Below are positions 10,606 to 17,742 of a stretch of 32,286 nt of DNA, piece after piece. The notes under the pieces were generated by a model. It saw only the letters and a program-made list of their open reading frames with translations. It was not told the DNA's origin and did not search any database. The position numbers and the translations under genes were made by a program. Source of the stretch: Smithellaceae bacterium (lineage in GTDB: Bacteria; Desulfobacterota; Syntrophia; Syntrophales; Smithellaceae); NCBI GenBank assembly GCA_028701435.1, contig JAQVQT010000003.1, forward strand, positions 1-32,286. The letters run 5' to 3'. Within the stretch, counting starts at the first letter, position 1, and every line of letters starts with the position of its first letter.

Positions 10606-12750
10606 TTGAATACCGAATCCGGCAACCCAACATCAGAGGCGTCACCAAAAAAGCTTTTTGAAGACGACGAGTTCTCCTCTCTGGCCGAAGCCATTTTATC
10701 CAGCGCCGGCGTCGGAATTTACATCGTCCAGAACGGCAGATTTGTCTATGTCAGCCCCCTCTACCAGAAGCTGACCGGCTATTCCGAAAAAGAACTAATC
10801 GGCACCCATTCCCTGGGTTACATTTATCTGGAGGACCGGGGAACGGTCAGAGAAAAAGCGATCCGGAGCCTCAAGACCAAAAGCCTTGAGCCCTATGAGT
10901 ACCGGTTCGTCAAGAAGCACCAGGAGATCATGTGGGCCCTGGAGACCATCGCGCCCATCTCCTATGAGGGAGAAAGGGCTACCCTCGGAAGTTTCATGGA
11001 CATCTCCCACCGCAAAAAGGTGGAAGCGGCGCTTCAAAAAAGCGAAGAAAATTATCGGTTGCTTTTTGAAAGCGCCGGTCAGGGAATCCTGATTGCCAAA
11101 GACGAAACGATCCAGTTTGCCAATGCCGCCCTCGCCGAGATTGTCGGATATCCGAAAGAAGTCATCACCACCCGCCCGTTTATCTCTTTTATTCATCCCG
11201 ATGATCGTTCGATCGTTCTAAACCGTCACAAGATGAGATTGAGGGGGGAAGCCCCGGAAAACGATTATCAGTTTCGGGTCATGACCTCGGATGGGACGGT
11301 CAAGTGGCTGCAAATCAACGCCAGGATGATTTCCTGGGACGGCGTGCCGGCCTCCCTGAGTTTCATTACGGACATTACCGACCGCAGACAGGCTCAGGAT
11401 GAGCTTCGCGCAAGCGAAGAAAAGTACCGCACCATCATTGAGCAGATGGTGGACGGTTATTTTGAGATCGATCTTGCCGGAAATTACACGTTTGTGAATG
11501 ATGCGGAGAGCAACATTGTCGGCTACGCCAGAGAGGAAATGATCGGAATGAACAGCCGGCAGTATCTGGATGAGGAAAACCTGCAAAAGGCCATGCAGTC
11601 TTTCAGAAAATCGTACAGAACCTGCGAGCCGTTCAAATCGCTGGAAATTGAAATCACCCGAAAAGACGGGACGAAGGGATTCAACGAGATCGCGGGGTCC
11701 GTGGTTCGGGATTCCGGCGGCAAACGGGTTGGTTTTCGCGGTTTCACCCGGGATGTGACGGAGCGCAAACAGTCGGAGATGAAACTGCAGCGTTCGGAAG
11801 AGAGATACCGGGACATCTTTGAAAACGCCCAGGAGGGAATCTATCAGACCACATGTGAAGGCAGATTCCTGATGGCCAATCAGGCTATGGCGAGGATCCT
11901 CGGATACGACGCGCCGGAGGAACTCCTTGACGAAAAGCCCGACCTTGCCCGGCGGATTTACGTGAATCCCGAAGAACGGACAAAAGTCATCGAACAGGTG
12001 CAGAGGGAAGGGGTCGTCAGAGGGCAGGAAATCCAGTTTTACCGCAAGGACGGGCGGAAAATCTGGATCTCCCGCACCATGCGAATCGTCCGTGATGACC
12101 AAAACAAGGAGCCCTACCTCGAAGGCATTGTAGAAGACATCACCGAAAAAAAGGAAAGCGTGGACCGGCTGCGCAAAGCCCTGGGCGGCACCGTTCAGGC
12201 CATTGCCTCCGTTGTTGAAACCAAAGACCCTTATACCGCCGGACACCAGAGGAGGGTGGCCGATCTGGCCCGCGCCATGGCTACGGAGTTGAACCTGAGC
12301 CCCGATCAGATCGAGGGGCTGAGAATGGCGGGAATCATCCATGACATCGGCAAGATCTCCGTTCCGGCCGAGATCCTGAGCACTCCCCGGCGTCTGACCG
12401 CCATCGAATTCAGCCTGATCAAGATGCACGCCCAGTCCGGCTATGACATCCTGAAGGACGTTGATTTTCCCTGGCCCATCGCCAGAATGGTTCTGGAACA
12501 CCATGAGCGGATGGACGGTTCCGGCTATCCGAATGGTTTGACCGGGGATGACATTCTGCTGGAGTCGAGGGTTCTGGCCGTGGCCGACGTTGTGGAAGCC
12601 ATGGCGACGCACCGTCCCTACCGGCCCGCCCTGGGGCTGGAAGCCGCGCTGGAGGAAATCAACACAAAGAAGGGGATTCTCTATGACCCGAATGTGGTAT
12701 CTGTCTGCTTGAGGCTTTTCCAGGATAAGAATTTTGTCATCAAAGCATAA
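10606..12750 (+). CDS. signalling protein with four tandem PAS domains and a C-terminal HD-GYP domain (probable c-di-GMP phosphodiesterase)
   Basis: PAS2-4 each open with SEE-x-YR and end with D(I/V)T(D/E)RK-type linkers. HD-GYP blocks are HQRRVADLA, IIHDIGKISVP and HHERMDGSGYPNGL. There is no in-frame ATG before about aa 108, so TTG 10606 is accepted as the start. Confidence 0.85.
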   Translation: MNTESGNPTSEASPKKLFEDDEFSSLAEAILSSAGVGIYIVQNGRFVYVSPLYQKLTGYSEKELIGTHSLGYIYLEDRGTVREKAIRSLKTKSLEPYEYRFVKKHQEIMWALETIAPISYEGERATLGSFMDISHRKKVEAALQKSEENYRLLFESAGQGILIAKDETIQFANAALAEIVGYPKEVITTRPFISFIHPDDRSIVLNRHKMRLRGEAPENDYQFRVMTSDGTVKWLQINARMISWDGVPASLSFITDITDRRQAQDELRASEEKYRTIIEQMVDGYFEIDLAGNYTFVNDAESNIVGYAREEMIGMNSRQYLDEENLQKAMQSFRKSYRTCEPFKSLEIEITRKDGTKGFNEIAGSVVRDSGGKRVGFRGFTRDVTERKQSEMKLQRSEERYRDIFENAQEGIYQTTCEGRFLMANQAMARILGYDAPEELLDEKPDLARRIYVNPEERTKVIEQVQREGVVRGQEIQFYRKDGRKIWISRTMRIVRDDQNKEPYLEGIVEDITEKKESVDRLRKALGGTVQAIASVVETKDPYTAGHQRRVADLARAMATELNLSPDQIEGLRMAGIIHDIGKISVPAEILSTPRRLTAIEFSLIKMHAQSGYDILKDVDFPWPIARMVLEHHERMDGSGYPNGLTGDDILLESRVLAVADVVEAMATHRPYRPALGLEAALEEINTKKGILYDPNVVSVCLRLFQDKNFVIKA

Positions 12751-12902
12751 ATCCGAGGATCCCCATACTTAAAGTAATAAATAATCAATTAAGTTTAATG
12801 CTTTGAAATAACTAGGTAATATAGAACGGCTCTTTCAGAAGAAAGATTCCTCTGGACATAGAAGCAGGCATTCTCTATCCATCTTTAGTCTTTGTGATAT
12901 TC

Positions 12903-13017
12903 TGTGGATAAGCTTGTTTAAAACCTGTCGATACAACTGTGGAAATATTTTTCGGCCATTGACTTTATCAACAGCAAAAAAGATCCTGGAGACATCAGGG
13001 CTTAGCGCTTTTCCACA
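12903..13017. promoter_or_regulatory. cluster of four DnaA-box-like 9-mers next to an AT-rich tract
   Basis: TGTGGATAA 12903-12911 is the perfect complement of TTATCCACA. TGTGGAAAT 12938-12946 matches 7/9. TTATCAACA 12965-12973 matches 8/9. TTTTCCACA 13009-13017 matches 8/9. The very AT-rich stretch 12770-12830 lies just to the left. Function is unproven. Confidence 0.3.
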
Positions 13018-14633
13018 ATTTCAGTAATCGCCAGCGTGGCAATGTCCATGAATTTATTTGAATTTTTATTTTCAGGCAAAATCATGTCCATGACGCGGCC
13101 GAAAGAATTTTCAATCAGGATTTCCCTGTCGTGATCCTTATGCCGGATTCCATAGCGAAGCCCCGTGCGATCTTCCGCAGAAAGCTTATTGATTAAATTT
13201 TTTGTCGTCCATATTGCGCCAAACCGGGCAAAATCGGACAATCGTCCGGCATAATTCACCGTGTCTCCCAGAGCGGTAAATTCAATGTTGGGGGACGACG
13301 GAATGGTGCCGAAGTATTCCTGGCCTTCGTTAATGCCGATGTTGAGGCAGAGCTCGTTGAACCATCCTTTTCGCATCTTCCAGTCCATATTTAACTTCTT
13401 GATATTTTCACGGATTTCCAGTGCGCAGGAAATCGCGTTCATCATGTATTGATTATCCCGCTCTTTCAGGAAATAATACAGCAATCCGTCTCCCGTATGC
13501 TTTCCGTAGGTTCCGTAGTAGCGTTTAAAGGTGCCTTCCACACAGGCCCAGATCTGGTTGATGAGCTCAAAATATTCCTCCGGAGGCAATTCGGCGCAGA
13601 TGCGAACGGAGTTCTGGAGATCGGCCACCAGCACGCAAAAGGAAACCAGCGTCGGCATTCTCTGGCGGAGTAGATCGTTAATGACGCTGGTGCGGGAAGA
13701 CAGAAGATTCGCTATCCCCTCGGTATCATTGGCCTCCATCGCATGAATGAAAAGGGTGCCTTCGCGAAAAACCATGTAATAAACGCAGTCCGAAAAGCAC
13801 CTGCCAGCGTCATCGGACAAATTCAGGAGCATTTTATTGATGGCCTGGCAACGGGGAGGTTCGACGGCGTCATATTTTGCTTCCAGAAGTTCTTTTTCGT
13901 GAGAGGTCATTCCTTCATACAGCCGGTCCAGATTGGATTTGCCTATTTTTTCTTTAACGAAACGGAGATGAAAATCGGTAAGAATGTCCTTGATTTTTTC
14001 CTTTTTCCCGCGATTTCGCAAAAGCAGCGAAAAAATGTTTCGCTCCACCGGCTCTTTCATCAAATGGAAGTCTTTTTGAAAGAGAGTCTTTTCCGCCTTC
14101 GGATTGACCCAGTCGATTTCAAAATTATTGTTCAGCAAATAAGCGGGGCAGGGGATATCGCTGATGGTAACTTTCAGCGCATTCCGGGAACTATCAAAAA
14201 CGGCGGAAGAGGGAGGGCCTTCCATTGGAGGGGCTTCGTCTTCATTGGCGTCCGTGTCCGTTTTGCTTTCATCCGGAAGGACGGCTTCTTCTTCGGCCCG
14301 GGTATTCCTGCTTTGGGTTTCTTCCTGCATACTTTTGATTCCTGAATCAATAGTCGGGTTTAAAAGAGATTCTTTCAACCTGCCTGTGATGGCATCCATG
14401 GAAAAACCCTGCTTTTTTAATTCTTTAATCTGTATAATTGTATCGATCACGGAGCCGGGAAAATAGCCCAGCATTCGGGCGCGGGCATCTGTCGTTTCCG
14501 GCCTTTTGACAGCAGGGCGGGGCAGAAGGTTCATCTTAATGTAGTTGTTCAGCGTTGCCCTGGAAATTCCTGTTTTATTAATAACATCCAGGCTGCTAAT
14601 CCATTGGTTCTTTAACGGTGCGTCATCATTCAT
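13002..14633 (-). CDS. MerR-type HTH / PAS-like / class III adenylate-guanylate cyclase fusion protein
   Basis: From ATG 14633 (AGGTGA SD 6 nt upstream):
- N-terminal MerR-like HTH: LDVINKTGISRATLNNYIKMNLLPRP ... IIQIKELKKQGFSMDAI.
- Acidic linker, then a PAS-like middle region.
- C-terminal class III cyclase blocks: VLVADLQNS, GKHTGDGLLYYF, ALGDTVNYAGRL.

The ORF-track start 14753 lies upstream of the predicted promoter and is rejected. Confidence 0.8.
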   Translation of the reverse strand: MNDDAPLKNQWISSLDVINKTGISRATLNNYIKMNLLPRPAVKRPETTDARARMLGYFPGSVIDTIIQIKELKKQGFSMDAITGRLKESLLNPTIDSGIKSMQEETQSRNTRAEEEAVLPDESKTDTDANEDEAPPMEGPPSSAVFDSSRNALKVTISDIPCPAYLLNNNFEIDWVNPKAEKTLFQKDFHLMKEPVERNIFSLLLRNRGKKEKIKDILTDFHLRFVKEKIGKSNLDRLYEGMTSHEKELLEAKYDAVEPPRCQAINKMLLNLSDDAGRCFSDCVYYMVFREGTLFIHAMEANDTEGIANLLSSRTSVINDLLRQRMPTLVSFCVLVADLQNSVRICAELPPEEYFELINQIWACVEGTFKRYYGTYGKHTGDGLLYYFLKERDNQYMMNAISCALEIRENIKKLNMDWKMRKGWFNELCLNIGINEGQEYFGTIPSSPNIEFTALGDTVNYAGRLSDFARFGAIWTTKNLINKLSAEDRTGLRYGIRHKDHDREILIENSFGRVMDMILPENKNSNKFMDIATLAITEIVEKR

Positions 14634-14705
14634 CTTGATCACCTGTATAGTGGCATGGTTATGACATTCTTCCTGAAAAAGACCATTTTTATCCGTTCCG
14701 GCTAA

Positions 14706-14734
14706 CTTATACAGTCTAAAAATACAGTTGTCAA
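14706..14734 (-). promoter_or_regulatory. sigma70-like promoter for the MerR-cyclase gene
   Basis: The minus strand reads TTGACA (14734-14729), a 17-nt spacer, then TATAAG (14711-14706). The implied transcription start near 14699 gives a ~65-nt leader to ATG 14633. Confidence 0.5.
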
Positions 14735-14759
14735 GTAAAATTATACAGTCCAATATAAT
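14728..14759 (+). promoter_or_regulatory. sigma70-like promoter with a 20-nt spacer (MerR-type architecture) facing the MinD-like operon
   Basis: TTGTCA 14728-14733, a 20-nt spacer containing a TATACAG copy, then a perfect TATAAT at 14754-14759. Its -35 overlaps the -35 of the minus-strand promoter by 5 bp. Confidence 0.4.
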
Positions 14760-14810
14760 TTTTTAGACTGTATAATTGTTAAAGAATAAAGATCACAAGC
14801 CAAGAACTCC

Positions 14811-14839
14811 TTGACTTACAACATCCCGTTTTTTATACT
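14811..14839 (+). promoter_or_regulatory. second candidate sigma70-like promoter upstream of the MinD-like gene
   Basis: TTGACT 14811-14816, a 17-nt spacer, then TATACT 14834-14839. This is about 95 nt upstream of ATG 14933. Motif match only. Confidence 0.3.
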
Positions 14840-14932
14840 CCTTGCCAAATTGTACGTTCTTCTTGTGAAGGCCGTTTCTGTAGCATTTATTCCAGAAACT
14901 GATGGATCAAGTTTACGGAAATAAAAGGTTTT

Positions 14933-15688
14933 ATGCCTAAAATTATTGCGATTCATTCATTTCGGGGTGGAACGGGAAAATCGAACACCACAGCCAACCT
15001 GGCCTGTCTTTTGGCCCAAAAAGGGCAACGCGTCGGTATTGTCGATACGGATATCCAGTCTCCCGGGATTCACGTTTTGTTTAACCTGGATCCCAGAGAG
15101 ATCTCCTGCTCTTTAAACGATTTTCTCTGGGGAAAGTGCGAAATCGAAAGCGCCGCCTATGATGTTTCCAAAATGATCGAACCCCAAACGGATGGGAAGC
15201 TTTTTTTAATTCCATCGAGTATTCGCACAGGGGACATCGCCCGGGTGTTGCATTATGGTTATGACATCAATCTCCTGAAAGAAGGTTATCAAAAACTCAC
15301 TGAACGACTTTCGCTGGATTATCTGTTTATTGATACTCATCCCGGACTGAATGAAGAAACCTTAATGTCGATTGCCATCGCGGATATTCTGCTGATCATC
15401 TTGCGTCCCGATCAGCAGGATTACCAGGGAACGGCCGTGACGGTCGAGGTTTCCCGGCAGTTGGAAGTTCCCGGCATGTTTCTGATTGTCAACAAGGTTC
15501 CTGACGTTTTTGCCCATGAAGAGTTGGCCGTCAAGGTAGCCTCGACGTATCAATGCGAAGTTGCCGGTGTGCTGCCACACGCCGACGAGATGATGACGCT
15601 GGCGAGTTCCGGTATCTTCTCCATGCAATATCCGGATCATGCCGTCAGCCGGGAAATGGATAAAATTATTCAAAGGATTACCGGATGA
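14933..15688 (+). CDS. MinD/ParA-superfamily P-loop ATPase
   Basis: The deviant Walker A reads SFRGGTGKSN, with Arg where MinD/ParA carry the signature Lys. GIVDTD and LFIDTHPG blocks follow. 251 aa. The stop overlaps the next start (ATGA 15685-15688). Confidence 0.8.
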   Translation: MPKIIAIHSFRGGTGKSNTTANLACLLAQKGQRVGIVDTDIQSPGIHVLFNLDPREISCSLNDFLWGKCEIESAAYDVSKMIEPQTDGKLFLIPSSIRTGDIARVLHYGYDINLLKEGYQKLTERLSLDYLFIDTHPGLNEETLMSIAIADILLIILRPDQQDYQGTAVTVEVSRQLEVPGMFLIVNKVPDVFAHEELAVKVASTYQCEVAGVLPHADEMMTLASSGIFSMQYPDHAVSREMDKIIQRITG

Positions 15689-16713
15689 AGCTGAGCGCGG
15701 CCAAAATCATCCTGATCGGCTGCGGGTTGGGCATTGTTTATGGCCTGCTGAACGGCTTTTCCAATGCGTTTCTATTGCCTTCCGCGCCGATTATCTCCTT
15801 GCGTCCGCAAATTGCTCTGCCCATGATCGTAGGGATTATCGGGCATCCACTGGCCGGTTTTATCACCGGATTTACGGGAAATATTATCGGCGACGGAATT
15901 TCCGGATTCGGATTCTGGAAATTCTGGAACTGGCATATTGCCAACGGATTGATGGGCCTGATTCCCGGCTTGATTCGTTATCGGGGGATTACGCGCATCG
16001 CCACCGTGCGCGAATTCGGCATTCTTCAGGTGAGCATCATTTTGGCATGCGGCATCGGTGTGGGATTTGCCGTGGTCATGGATGTTCTTTTCCTTCATTT
16101 TATGATTTTCCCTTCCTCTTTGCACGCCTGGATACTGCCTGCTTTTCTGACGGATGTCGTCAATGGCTTTGTGCTGGTTCCGGTGGCGCTTGTTCTGACC
16201 GGCGCTATTTTGATCACGCTGGAAACCAGGACGATTATGATGATTACCGCTTTGCTGATTATTGCCGTTTTGGCTACCGCCGGATCGATCACTTGGGCAG
16301 TGCTGGATGATCTTGTTTCTCATCAGGCGATGGTCAGGAATTTTTACATTGCCGCCATTGTATCGGTTCTACTCCTGGTGATCGGATTTTTAGCTTCGAT
16401 TGTTTTTGTCCGGAAAATGACCGATCCTCTGACCAAAATTACCCGCGCCGCGGAATCCGTGGAAAAGGGAAGCTATGATCTGGAAACATTGGACGGTATT
16501 TCGGGACGCAATGACGAATTGGGGCGGCTGGCTCGGGTTTTTGAACAGATGGCCGGGAAAGTTCTGGAAAGAGAAAAGAAATTGCAAAAGCAGGTGGAAG
16601 AGCTGCAAATCAAAATTGACCGGGAAAAACAGATTGCTGATGTTGCGGAAATTGTCGAGACGGAGTATTTCCGTTCGTTAAAAGAAAAGGCCCGGAAATT
16701 TCGGGCGTCATGA
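15685..16713 (+). CDS. integral membrane protein (~7 TM) with a cytoplasmic HAMP domain and C-terminal coiled coil; no output domain
   Basis: Seven hydrophobic segments span aa 5-255. A HAMP-like segment follows: RKMTDPLTKITRAAESVEKGSYD...NDELGRLARVFEQMAGKV. It ends in a heptad-rich tail, EREKKLQKQVEELQIKIDREKQIADVAEIVETEYF. The N-terminal 6 TM with G-rich helices resemble an ECF-transporter S component; that resemblance is from memory and weak. Confidence 0.7.
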   Translation: MKLSAAKIILIGCGLGIVYGLLNGFSNAFLLPSAPIISLRPQIALPMIVGIIGHPLAGFITGFTGNIIGDGISGFGFWKFWNWHIANGLMGLIPGLIRYRGITRIATVREFGILQVSIILACGIGVGFAVVMDVLFLHFMIFPSSLHAWILPAFLTDVVNGFVLVPVALVLTGAILITLETRTIMMITALLIIAVLATAGSITWAVLDDLVSHQAMVRNFYIAAIVSVLLLVIGFLASIVFVRKMTDPLTKITRAAESVEKGSYDLETLDGISGRNDELGRLARVFEQMAGKVLEREKKLQKQVEELQIKIDREKQIADVAEIVETEYFRSLKEKARKFRAS

Positions 16714-16725
16714 AAAGGAGAAAAC

Positions 16726-17694
16726 ATGGACACGATGGCGGCGGCAGTTTTTGACGGGAAGCTTGAGTATGTTCAGGATTATCCCGTAGCGGAAATCAAA
16801 CCCGGATGGGCAAAAATTAAAATTGAATTGGCCGGCATCTGCAAAACCGATATGGAAATCATGAAGGGCTATATGGGATTTAAAGGTGTGCTGGGACATG
16901 AATTTGTAGGCGTGGTGGAAGCCTGTGCCGACCCTCAATGGATCGGAAAAAGAGTCGTGGGTGAAATCAATGCCGCCTGTGGACACTGTGACTGGTGCGC
17001 CCGCGATCTGGGCCGACATTGCCCGAACAGGACCACTTTGGGAATCTTCAACCACGACGGCTGTATGGCGCAATACTGCCAACTGCCGGTGGCCAACCTT
17101 TTAGTCATCCCGGAGGAGATTTCCAATGAACGGGCCGTCCTCACGGAACCTTTGGCCGCCGCCTGCGAGATTCTGGAGCAGTTGCCCGTCAGCGGCAAGG
17201 AAAGGGTTATTGTGCTGGGCGATGGAAGGTTGGGCATTCTTTGCGCCTGGGTTTTATCAACGGCGGTGGAAGATGTAACGGTTGTGGGACATCATCCGGA
17301 GAAGCTGGAGTCGGCAAAATGGCGGGGCATCCAAACCACCTTGAATGAAAAAGATCTTCCACCGGGCGCGGATATTGTGGTGGAGGCGACAGGCTCAGGG
17401 GCGGGCATTGTTTCGGCCATGTCCTTGTGCCGGCCGCGCGGAACGATTGTTTTAAAATCAACCGTAGCTATTTCCGGCGATGTCAATCTGGCGCCGGTGG
17501 TGATCAATGAGCTGAACATTCTAGGGTCTCGTTGCGGCCGGTTTGCCGACGCGCTGAATATAATGCGGAAATATCCCGATATGCCTCTTTCCCGTCTGAT
17601 CACGGCGCGTTATCCGCTGGAGCAAGTGCAGGAGGCATTTGGACGGGCCACGCAAAGCGATGCGCTGAAAGTTCTGCTGGAAATCAGTCCGTGA
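16726..17694 (+). CDS. zinc-dependent medium-chain (MDR) alcohol/polyol dehydrogenase family protein
   Basis: Catalytic Zn ligands in GICKTDMEI and GHEFVG, structural Zn site CGHCDWCARDLGRHC, and Rossmann motif VLGDGRLG. AAGGAG lies 5 nt upstream of the ATG, and the gap to the previous gene is 12 nt. Confidence 0.85.
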   Translation: MDTMAAAVFDGKLEYVQDYPVAEIKPGWAKIKIELAGICKTDMEIMKGYMGFKGVLGHEFVGVVEACADPQWIGKRVVGEINAACGHCDWCARDLGRHCPNRTTLGIFNHDGCMAQYCQLPVANLLVIPEEISNERAVLTEPLAAACEILEQLPVSGKERVIVLGDGRLGILCAWVLSTAVEDVTVVGHHPEKLESAKWRGIQTTLNEKDLPPGADIVVEATGSGAGIVSAMSLCRPRGTIVLKSTVAISGDVNLAPVVINELNILGSRCGRFADALNIMRKYPDMPLSRLITARYPLEQVQEAFGRATQSDALKVLLEISP

Positions 17695-17742
17695 GGGATG
17701 CCGCCGACTGCCCGCAAACAAGGCATTGAAGGAGGAACATAA

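Larger units (their letters stand above)
14643..14775. repeat. array of TATACAG-core motifs (candidate operator sites) across the divergent promoter region
   Basis: - CTGTATA 14643-14649
- TTATACAGTCT 14707-14717
- AATACAGT 14721-14728
- TTATACAGTCC 14741-14751
- AGACTGTATAA 14765-14775, the perfect reverse complement of the 14707-14717 copy

A sixth copy (CTGTATAATTG 14430-14440) lies inside the cyclase CDS and is identical to 14768-14778. Confidence 0.6.

Noticed and set aside
11218-12612. 464-aa ORF on the minus strand
   Set aside because: It is fully antisense to the PAS-HD-GYP gene, which has clear domain motifs. The translation is Gly/Pro/Arg/His-rich low-information sequence, typical of shadow ORFs in GC-rich coding DNA.
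12975-13000. Possible terminator after the cyclase gene (minus strand: CCCTG-ATGTCTC-CAGGA, then TCTTTTTTGC)
   Set aside because: The stem is only 4 Watson-Crick pairs plus one wobble, which is too weak to call.
13002-14633. Reading the cyclase as a Pycsar/CBASS-like antiphage signalling enzyme
   Set aside because: No adjacent effector with a cNMP-binding, TIR, patatin or pore-forming domain is present. The cyclase is a long multidomain protein with a DNA-binding domain, and its Lys/Thr specificity residues point to ordinary adenylate cyclase chemistry.
14634-14753. 40-aa N-terminal extension of the cyclase ORF (MDCIILLDNCIF...)
   Set aside because: The ATG at 14753 lies upstream of the near-consensus minus-strand promoter (14706-14734) and has no SD. 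ATG 14633 has AGGTGA and begins right at the HTH domain.
14782-14869. CRP/cAMP-receptor sites, searched for because a cyclase is adjacent
   Set aside because: Only isolated half-sites were found (TCACA 14793-14797, TGTGA 14865-14869). Neither has a partner at the required 6-nt spacing.
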